Source: Polyangiales bacterium (GTDB lineage Bacteria > Myxococcota_A > Polyangia > Polyangiales > Ga0077539). Taken from it: 64,000 nt of DNA. The stretch lies in NCBI GenBank assembly GCA_044229975.1, contig JBGARZ010000024.1, positions 64,001-128,000 on the forward strand, in the 5' to 3' direction. Positions 20,256-27,969 of the stretch are shown one piece after another (the first letter of the stretch is position 1; each line of letters begins with the position of its first letter). Under the pieces are notes generated by a model. The model had not been told where the DNA came from and did no database searches. It saw only the letters and a program-made list of their open reading frames with translations. The position numbers were made by a program, and so were the translations under genes.

Positions 20256-21032
20256 TTGACCGGGACACCCACCGTCCCGTGCATCGCTCCTCCCTCGATG
20301 GAGGAGTTCCAGCGACGCTTCGTCCGCGCCCGCCAGCCCGTCGTGATCCGGGGCGCGATCGACCACTGGCCCGCGCTGCAACGCTGGAGCGCCGTGTACT
20401 TCCGGGAGCGCTACGGCGCCAGCGTGGTGCCGTGCTTCACGACCCGCGACCGCGACCTGATCGTCGACGCCCGCGCGGGCGTGCGGATGGAGGACGCGGC
20501 GGTCGACGACGTGCTCGCGGGGTCCGCGGCGGACGCGCTGCGCGTGCGGGCGGAGATCTCCAAGAGCTTCCCCGGGCTCATGGCCGACCTCGACGTGCCC
20601 GCGTACTGCCGCGGCGGCCTCGACCTCGAGGCCTTCCTCTGGATCACGCCCGGGGGCACCCGGACCGCGCTCCACTGGGACTCACCCGAGAACCTCTTCG
20701 CCCACGTCGCCGGCGAGAAGACCTTCCTCCTCGTCGACCCCGCACACACGGCGCGGCTCTACCCCTTCCCCCTTCTCTCGGCCACGCCGCAGTTCAGCCG
20801 CGTCGACCTCGGCGCCCCCGACTACGCGCGCTTCCCGCGCCTGCACGGCGTGCCCCTGGTCGAAGCCCGGCTGCGCCCCGGCGACGTGCTCTTCCTGCCG
20901 AGCGGGTGGTGGCACTACGCCGAGTCCGCGACGCTGACCTTCTCGGTGAACTTCTGGTGGCTCCGGCCGTCGCGCGTCCCCGCCGCCGCGGTCGTCGCGC
21001 TCAGCAAGCGTCTCTTCCGCCGCCCGGCGTGA
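20256..21032 (+). CDS. JmjC/cupin-like 2OG oxygenase
   Basis: TALHWD, GEKTF, LRPGDVLFLPSGWWH. Confidence 0.9.
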   Translation: MTGTPTVPCIAPPSMEEFQRRFVRARQPVVIRGAIDHWPALQRWSAVYFRERYGASVVPCFTTRDRDLIVDARAGVRMEDAAVDDVLAGSAADALRVRAEISKSFPGLMADLDVPAYCRGGLDLEAFLWITPGGTRTALHWDSPENLFAHVAGEKTFLLVDPAHTARLYPFPLLSATPQFSRVDLGAPDYARFPRLHGVPLVEARLRPGDVLFLPSGWWHYAESATLTFSVNFWWLRPSRVPAAAVVALSKRLFRRPA

Positions 21033-21951
21033 GGGCGGCCCTGCCGCCGAGGGAGGGGAGCACGAGCAGCCCCGCCAGCGTGACCGGCAGCAGGTCGAAC
21101 GCCCGGTAGACCAGGGCGAAGGCGAGCGCCCGCTCGGCGCTGACGCCGACCATGCCGAGGACCGCCACCGCCACCAGTTCGAGGGTGCCGAGCTGCGCGG
21201 GCGTGGTGGGCACGAGGCTCGCCGCCGCGAACGCCAGCTCCAGTAGGATCGGCGTGACCGGGTGGACCTGGATGCCCACCGCGCGCAGCACGAGCCAGAG
21301 CGTGAAGGCGTCCATGATCCACTGGACCAGCGTCAGCGCGCCCACCGCGACGAGCACCCGCGGCCGCCCCATGATCCGCGCCTTCTCCGGGAGCCTCGGG
21401 ACGAAGCGCCACCGGACGTCGTCGGGGCGCGAGGCGGCCCAGCCGAGCACGATGAGCCCGAGGCCCACGGCGCCCTGCGCGAACACGCCCCGCGCGACCC
21501 ACGCGGGGAGCCCCGGGAAGACCAGCGGGAGCGGCGCGGCGAGCAGGAGCAGCGTGACCGCCTCGACGCATTTCTCCAGCAGCGTGGCGGCCAGGGCCGT
21601 GACGGTCGGGATGTTCGCGTGGGTGCGGAGCAGGGAGATCGGCACCAGGTCGCCGAGCCGCCAGGGCAGCAGGTTGGACGCCGCCTGCCCGGCCAGCGCA
21701 ATGCGAAACAGCAGCCCCACCGGCGCGGAAGGTGGGCGCTGGAGGAGGTAGGAGAAGGCCAGCGCGCGCAGCCAGATCTCGCCCAGGTTGATCAGGGCGC
21801 AGGCGGCGACGGTGCCCGCGGAGGCGCCGACCATGGCGCGCCCGACCGCCCGGAGGTCGACCTGGCGGGCGAGGTAGACGCACCCGACGATCACCAGCGC
21901 CACGAGCGCCGCGCGCAGTGCGACGCGGACGCGTCCGTCGGGCGGGCTCAT
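21001..21951 (-). CDS. Flippase-like membrane protein (lysylphosphatidylglycerol synthase TM / UPF0104)
   Basis: Multiple TM segments; NLLPWRLGD, LLEK, PTTPAQLGTLE, ALVYR. Confidence 0.8.
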   Translation of the reverse strand: MSPPDGRVRVALRAALVALVIVGCVYLARQVDLRAVGRAMVGASAGTVAACALINLGEIWLRALAFSYLLQRPPSAPVGLLFRIALAGQAASNLLPWRLGDLVPISLLRTHANIPTVTALAATLLEKCVEAVTLLLLAAPLPLVFPGLPAWVARGVFAQGAVGLGLIVLGWAASRPDDVRWRFVPRLPEKARIMGRPRVLVAVGALTLVQWIMDAFTLWLVLRAVGIQVHPVTPILLELAFAAASLVPTTPAQLGTLELVAVAVLGMVGVSAERALAFALVYRAFDLLPVTLAGLLVLPSLGGRAALTPGGGRDAC

Positions 21952-22757
21952 GATCGGTCGCGGCGGATCCAGCGGTGGGCGCCCGTGAGCACGGCCTTCG
22001 GCAGGAGCGCCGGGGCGAGCCACCAGAAGTTCACCGCGATGGTCAGGGTCGCGGACTCGGCGTAGTGCCACCACCCGCTCGGCAGGAAGAGCAGGTCGCC
22101 GGGGCGCAGCGTGCACCCGACCGGCCGGGCGCGTGCGAGCTCGGGGTAGCGCGCGAGGTCCGGCGCCGTGGGGTCGACCGGGCTGCACTGGGGCGTCGCC
22201 GACCAGAGCGGGTAGCGGTAGAGGAAGCGGGTCTGCTCGGGGGGGAAGAGCACGAAGGTCTTCTCGCCGGCGACGTGCGCGTAGAGGTTGTGGGGGGTGT
22301 CCCAGTGCAGGAGGGTGCGGGCGCCCGCCGGGGTGATCCAGAGGTGCGTCTCCAGGGCCAGCGACCCTCGGCAGTAGGCCGGGGTGCGGACGTCCCCGCG
22401 GAGCTCGGGCAGGCGGTCGAGGTCCTCCCGCAGACGGCGGCCGTCGAGCGTGTCGCCCGCGAGCCCGTCGATGAAGTCGCCGACCGCGGCGTCCTCCATC
22501 TGGAGGCCGTTGGTGGGGTGCCGCACGATCGCTCCCTGGTGCATCCGATAGAAGCGCGCCGTCCGGGCGCCGCAGCGGGCGCGGATGTGATCGGCGGTCC
22601 AGCGTCCCAGCGCGGGCCAGTCGTCGAGGGCGCCCTCGATGATGACCGGTCGGGCCAGCCGTATGTAGTCACGCTGGAACCGATCCACCGTAGGCGGCAC
22701 GATGCGCGGGATCGGGGCTGCGCTGTCACGCACGCGGGGCACAGTACCGAGGCTCAC
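21948..22757 (-). CDS. JmjC/cupin-like 2OG oxygenase (paralog of 20256-21032)
   Basis: TLLHWD, GEKTF, LRPGDLLFLPSGWWH. Confidence 0.9.
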   Translation of the reverse strand: MSLGTVPRVRDSAAPIPRIVPPTVDRFQRDYIRLARPVIIEGALDDWPALGRWTADHIRARCGARTARFYRMHQGAIVRHPTNGLQMEDAAVGDFIDGLAGDTLDGRRLREDLDRLPELRGDVRTPAYCRGSLALETHLWITPAGARTLLHWDTPHNLYAHVAGEKTFVLFPPEQTRFLYRYPLWSATPQCSPVDPTAPDLARYPELARARPVGCTLRPGDLLFLPSGWWHYAESATLTIAVNFWWLAPALLPKAVLTGAHRWIRRDRS

Positions 22758-22781
22758 CCCCCGCGCAAATCACGGATCAGT

Positions 22782-24461
22782 TCACCGGCGCCAGGCCAGG
22801 GCGCGGCAGGGAGCCTCGACGATCCGCGGGTCAAGCCACGCCGGCGGCGTGGGGAGGCGGAGCCGGACGGGCCCCGTCGTGAAGCGGCGGATGGTGACGT
22901 CGCCGAACGCCTCCACGACCTCGGTGTGCGGCGACCAGATCGTATCAGGCACGAGGAGCGTGGGGCGCGCGTCGGTTCCCAGGACGATCAGGTCGCCAAC
23001 GTGGAACTCGTGCCGAGAGAACTCGCAGGGCCAGAACATTCCCCCCGTTTCGTAGTGCGAGCTGGCCCCCCGGATGACGCTCTCGTACTGGCCGTTGCGG
23101 TGATTGGAGAGCAGGTGCAGCCCGAGCATGATGTCGAACGCGGGGATGTACCGCGCGGGCCCCGCCCCCGAGGCGACAAGGGCCGGGGTGAGCAACTGGA
23201 CATTGGTCAGGATGAGCGTGGGCCGCTGTTGCGCGGAGGCCCGGAGGACGGCGGCGAGCGCGCGCGAGGGCGGGGCGACGGACTCGAAGTCGCGGAGGCA
23301 CATCAGGTCGATCGCGACGGCGGCCGTGGACAGGAAGGCCAGCGTCGCCAGCGCGGCGGAGCGGGACGCGCCGCGCAACCAGGTCACCACGGCGGGCGCG
23401 AGCAGCGCGACCGTGGCCAGGGCGAAGAGGGGTGACATCGGCCGGAAGCGCGCGGTGGCGATGGCCCAAGCGGCGGCAGCGATGAGCGGGACGACGGCGA
23501 GCGCGCGATGGAAGATGGCCTCGCGGGCGAAGGCCACCGCGACCGCGATCCCCAGGAGGGCGATGGAGAGGTAGCGGGGCGCCACCTCGGGGCCGTCGAT
23601 GCCGAAGAAGGGGCTCACCGTGAACGCGAGCAGCAGGACAGCGCTCACGACAACAGTCGCGCGGGCGGAGCCGCCCCGCGCGAACGCGGCGGGCGTGAAG
23701 AGCAACGCCCAGGCCCCGGCGACCAGGGCGTAGGCGGAGAAGATCCGCCGGACCGTCTCCGCGTTCAGAGTCAGGCGGAACACCTCCCCGAGGCCGGGCG
23801 GCGGGGTTGCTTCCATCGGCGGGTTTTGCAGGAACCACAGCGGCGCGCGGTGGTAGACCGCGCCCGCGGACAGGTACAGCAACGGGAACACCAGCGCGCC
23901 GAGCACCGTATCGCGCCGCCCAGGGCGCGCGAGGGCGACCAGCACGAGCACGCCAACGAAGGCCGCGAACTCGTAGCGCGCCCAGACCGTGAGCCCGAGC
24001 ACCACGCCCGCGGCGAAGCGCTGGCGCCGACCGTCCCCCTCGTAGAGCCAGAGGCCAACCGCCAGCAGCGCAAGGCCGTCAGAGTTCGACTGCCCCGTGG
24101 CCGCGCTGAACCAGTACGCCGGCGAGGCCGCGACCGTCAGCGCCGCGAGCCAGCCTTCGCCGCCAAGGCGCCCGGCCCACCTGCCCACGGCCAGCACCCC
24201 GAGCGCGGTGAGCAGGACGTGCGCGACAACGAACCCCTTCCAACCGAGCGCTGCGGTGGGGAGGTAGAGCAGCGAAAGCGCCGGGTGCAGCTTCTGGAGG
24301 AAGAGCCCGGCGGCGAAGTCGTCCGCTGCGATCTGCGCGCCCAGGTAGGTGAGCCGACCCTCGTCAGAATCGACGCGACCGGAGAGGGCGAGCGCCAGGA
24401 CACTCACGCCGAAGACGACCGCGATGAGGGCCACCAAGTCGCGCCGCACGAGGGTTGTCAT
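22782..24461 (-). CDS. Polytopic membrane protein, GT-C-fold glycosyltransferase-like
   Basis: Many TM segments; acidic DSDE after TM1, RYE and PRYL motifs; soluble C-terminal domain. Confidence 0.6.
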   Translation of the reverse strand: MTTLVRRDLVALIAVVFGVSVLALALSGRVDSDEGRLTYLGAQIAADDFAAGLFLQKLHPALSLLYLPTAALGWKGFVVAHVLLTALGVLAVGRWAGRLGGEGWLAALTVAASPAYWFSAATGQSNSDGLALLAVGLWLYEGDGRRQRFAAGVVLGLTVWARYEFAAFVGVLVLVALARPGRRDTVLGALVFPLLYLSAGAVYHRAPLWFLQNPPMEATPPPGLGEVFRLTLNAETVRRIFSAYALVAGAWALLFTPAAFARGGSARATVVVSAVLLLAFTVSPFFGIDGPEVAPRYLSIALLGIAVAVAFAREAIFHRALAVVPLIAAAAWAIATARFRPMSPLFALATVALLAPAVVTWLRGASRSAALATLAFLSTAAVAIDLMCLRDFESVAPPSRALAAVLRASAQQRPTLILTNVQLLTPALVASGAGPARYIPAFDIMLGLHLLSNHRNGQYESVIRGASSHYETGGMFWPCEFSRHEFHVGDLIVLGTDARPTLLVPDTIWSPHTEVVEAFGDVTIRRFTTGPVRLRLPTPPAWLDPRIVEAPCRALAWRR

Positions 24462-24634
24462 TGCAGTGGGAGGGCCTCTGACGGCGGGGCGAAGAGTCAG
24501 ACATTGGTTGTGCGGTAACTTGTCCGCTCAAACCGAATACCCGGCACTCTAGGGCTCTGCATGCGTCCGCAGCAAGCAACCACGGAATCCGCTCCACACC
24601 CACAACATTCCAGCGGGGCGTCGACGCGCAGGGC

Positions 24635-25741
24635 TCAGATCGTCCCGAGATAAGCCAGGAGCAGCGCCCGGTCCTCAGGGCTCGCGTTGATGTAGCCCTG
24701 CGTTGCCGCCGCCGCCTCGCCGCCGTGCGCGCGAATCGCCTCGTCGACGCTAGTCGTTCGGCCATCGTGCAGCAACCGCGGGCGGAAGCGGAGTCCCCAC
24801 AGCGGCGCGGTGCGGAACTCGTCGCCGTCGAACACGACGGTCTGAGGGACGGCGTCATGCGCGTGGCTGATGATCCCGTCGGCCAGCACGGACCCCATGC
24901 TGTGTACGCACAGGTCCGTGAAGGCGGACACACCCGGGCCAGTCTCCGGGCGATGGCAGGATCCGCAGGCAAGGCGCTCGAAGACCTGCGCGCCGCGCGG
25001 ATCAGCGGGGAGCGTTGGCGGCGGGGCGAGGCCCTGCACGAAACTCGTGAGGTCGCGCACGGTGGGGTCGTCTGCCTCGGGATCGGCCACGCCGTCGTCG
25101 TCCATCGCCGCGAGCGTGCTGTCCTCCTGGACGAGGTTGGTGATCCCCATCTCGTCGTTGAGCGCAGAGCTCACCACGCCGCGCACGGTCTGGGCGAAGG
25201 GCTTGGTCCCGAAGCGGGCAACGCGGCCATCGATCACGATGAACGCTCCGTCGCGGCAGCCCGCGGTGCGCAGCACCTCCTCCGGGATCGACTCGATCAG
25301 TCCGATGCCGAAGAGCGGCGGCGGCATGCGACGCGTCACGTTCGTCGGCCGTGGCCGCGGCATGAACCCGGGGATCGCGCTGTGCTGGAAGTTCTCGACG
25401 TCTGGCCGTGGGTCCTCGCTCAGCCCAACGTAGATGCGATCCTCGAAGTCGCCCTGACCTCCCATCACCGGGTTGTCGTGGCAGTTCTGGCATGAGCTGT
25501 CGTTGTAGTAAGGGCCGAGCCCGGAGCCGACGTCATAGACCCGCGAGAACAGCGCGCGCCCGCGATCGAAGGCCGCGCGTTGAGCTGGGGAAAGGTCCGT
25601 GCGAGGAGCGCCGGGGAGCGCCACGTCCTGGGTTGCGTTCGCGTCGGAGGGGCCCGCGTCCCGGGATGCTGGTGGGGTGATCTCGCTCTCACAGCCGAGG
25701 GTTGCGAGCAGCAGGCCGAGACAGCTAGTTCGCCAAATCAT
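24635..25741 (-). CDS. Di-heme oxidoreductase family lipoprotein (putative peroxidase)
   Basis: Lipobox LATLGC; heme motifs CQNCH and CGSCH; GLGP, RFGTK, FRTAPLWG, LLHDGR, AIRAHGGEA. Confidence 0.88.
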   Translation of the reverse strand: MIWRTSCLGLLLATLGCESEITPPASRDAGPSDANATQDVALPGAPRTDLSPAQRAAFDRGRALFSRVYDVGSGLGPYYNDSSCQNCHDNPVMGGQGDFEDRIYVGLSEDPRPDVENFQHSAIPGFMPRPRPTNVTRRMPPPLFGIGLIESIPEEVLRTAGCRDGAFIVIDGRVARFGTKPFAQTVRGVVSSALNDEMGITNLVQEDSTLAAMDDDGVADPEADDPTVRDLTSFVQGLAPPPTLPADPRGAQVFERLACGSCHRPETGPGVSAFTDLCVHSMGSVLADGIISHAHDAVPQTVVFDGDEFRTAPLWGLRFRPRLLHDGRTTSVDEAIRAHGGEAAAATQGYINASPEDRALLLAYLGTI

Positions 25742-25832
25742 CCTTGGATGTGACCATACCATCCCATAGAGTGAGTGCGCGTCCCCGCGGCGAACCACCC
25801 ATGAGCGGCCGTGGAGGATCGCGGAGGACTCG

Positions 25833-27878
25833 TTGACCGTCACGCCGACCCTGGTCCGATTGCGCGCAAACCGCCGCACGGTCGCGCTCCCGATCCTCGC
25901 GCTCATCCTCACGAACTGCAGCGACGCTACGCCCGGGCCGACCGACGCCGCGACGCGCGACGCGACCGCGATCCGCCCGCGGGACGGTTGGTCCGCCCTG
26001 TTCACCTTCCGCGATCCAGCGGTGCGCACCCAGCGCGCGGCGGCGCCGGACGGGGGGTGGTTCCTGATGCCGCTGCACGGGCACCTCCTGCCGACCGGGC
26101 GGGTGATGCTGCACGGCTTCGCCCGCAACAGCCGCGGCGACGGCCCCGACAAGCCGGTCACGCTCCAGAGCGACGCGACCTGGATCATCGACCCCGCCGA
26201 CCCGCGCCTCGCCGCGCGCGCCGACGGCGACCTCCCCGTGGAGGTGTCCTACCCCCCGACGGCCACCGCGGCGGAACCCGACGGCCTCATCCGGCGCGAC
26301 GACCAGAGCGACTGGGAGGCCGGCGAGGCCATGCTCTGCGGCGGCCACACCTTCCTCTCCGACGGGCTCCTCTTCTACGCCGGCGGCACCGCCTTCGAGA
26401 GCGATCGCGACCCGGGCACCCCCCCGAACGCCCGCAACCACGGCGACCTGATCGCCGTCGGGACGCAGCGTTCGGCCCGCTTCAACCCGTGGGGAGAGGC
26501 GGTCGCCGGGGCGCGCCCGGGCTGGAGCGTCGGCCCCTCGTCGCAGCTCGGCGGCCGGTACTACCCCACCAACACCCGGCTCCCCGACGGGCGCGTGGTG
26601 GTCGCGTCGGGCTACTTCGACACCGAGGAGCTGCCGAACCCCAGCGTCGAGGTCTTCGACCCGGCGCAGAACACCTGGACGCCCCTCGTCCCGGCGATCC
26701 GCCCGGGCGACGACATCGCCGACGACGACCCGCGCCGGTACCTCTACCCGAGCGCGCAGGACTACGTGCACGCGTTCCTGCTGCCGCGGCCGTGGCCCGC
26801 GGGGACCCCGGCCGGCAACGCCCTGGAGCGCCGGGTCGCCCTCATGGGCATCACCGGGCGGGTGGTCCTGCTGAGCGTCGACGGGCCCGCGGGGCTCGAC
26901 CGGGTCTTCGTCCCGCCGGGCGGGCGCCGCCCGGGGGAGGGCACCAACGACCGCGAGTGGCGGGGCGAGGGCGCCACGACGGTGCTCCTGCCCGACGGCC
27001 GCATCCTCACGATGGGCGGCGCCGACGTCGGGGGCTACGGGGGGCGCGCGGACCTCTACGACCCGCGGCCCGGCGCGCCGACCTTCGACGCGTGGGAGTC
27101 GTTCCCGCTGTGCGACGCCGCGGGGGCCTGCGCGTCGCGCTACCAGGGCGCGGCGCTCTACCTGCCCGACGGGCGGGTCGCGTTCGTGGGCGGTCGGCGC
27201 CAGGGGCGCACGGACGGCTCGGGCCACGAGGGCGAGGAGGAGAGCCACGTGGTCAACGCGCGCGCGACCGTGGACGAGCGCAGCCCGGCGCTCATCGACT
27301 GGCAGACGCGACGGGTGACCTTCGGCTCCCCGTGGCCCGACGACCTCGTGCGCACGCAGCATTCGGTCACCCTCCTGCTGCCCGACGGCCGGCTGCTCGT
27401 CGCGGGCGGCCGGCGGATCTACTGCGAGCCCTCCTGCGCCGACGAGCAACCCACCCTGCGGCTCTACTCCCCCGCCTACCTCGACCCGGCCTTGGCGCCA
27501 TGGCGCCCGCGGTTGGGAACGCTCGTCGATGCCTCCTCCGGCCGCCCCCTCGCGCTCGCCAACCGCAACCCCGTCGTGTCGCTCGGGTCGACGGTGCGCG
27601 TACCCGTGTCGACCGACGCCGCGCCCGCGCCCGCCGCGTCGATGCGCTTCGCGCTCGTGGCCAACGGCTCCATCACCCACCGCTTCGACCAGAACCTCCG
27701 CTACGTCACGGTCCCCCACGCGGAGGCGAACGGCGGCTACGTGCTATCGATCCCCGCGAGCGGCGACGCGCTCCCGCCGGGCCCATACATGCTCTTTGCC
27801 ATCGAGACGGTGACTACCGGGTCGGGACAGATCGACGTCCCTTCGATCGCGAGCCTCGTCATGGTGCGGGGGCGGTAG
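25833..27878 (+). CDS. Galactose/glyoxal-oxidase-like Kelch copper-radical oxidase with Ig-like C-terminal domain
   Basis: MLCGGH, RYYP, repeated LPDGR, HSVTLLLPDG, SITHRFD, PPGPYMLF. Confidence 0.85.
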   Translation: MTVTPTLVRLRANRRTVALPILALILTNCSDATPGPTDAATRDATAIRPRDGWSALFTFRDPAVRTQRAAAPDGGWFLMPLHGHLLPTGRVMLHGFARNSRGDGPDKPVTLQSDATWIIDPADPRLAARADGDLPVEVSYPPTATAAEPDGLIRRDDQSDWEAGEAMLCGGHTFLSDGLLFYAGGTAFESDRDPGTPPNARNHGDLIAVGTQRSARFNPWGEAVAGARPGWSVGPSSQLGGRYYPTNTRLPDGRVVVASGYFDTEELPNPSVEVFDPAQNTWTPLVPAIRPGDDIADDDPRRYLYPSAQDYVHAFLLPRPWPAGTPAGNALERRVALMGITGRVVLLSVDGPAGLDRVFVPPGGRRPGEGTNDREWRGEGATTVLLPDGRILTMGGADVGGYGGRADLYDPRPGAPTFDAWESFPLCDAAGACASRYQGAALYLPDGRVAFVGGRRQGRTDGSGHEGEEESHVVNARATVDERSPALIDWQTRRVTFGSPWPDDLVRTQHSVTLLLPDGRLLVAGGRRIYCEPSCADEQPTLRLYSPAYLDPALAPWRPRLGTLVDASSGRPLALANRNPVVSLGSTVRVPVSTDAAPAPAASMRFALVANGSITHRFDQNLRYVTVPHAEANGGYVLSIPASGDALPPGPYMLFAIETVTTGSGQIDVPSIASLVMVRGR

Positions 27879-27969
27879 ACCGCAATCGCTCGACGATGAT
27901 CAACCCGCATGGTGCGGGGGCCATGTCTTGACAGTCCGTGGCCTTCGGGAGGACTGTCAACATCAAACC

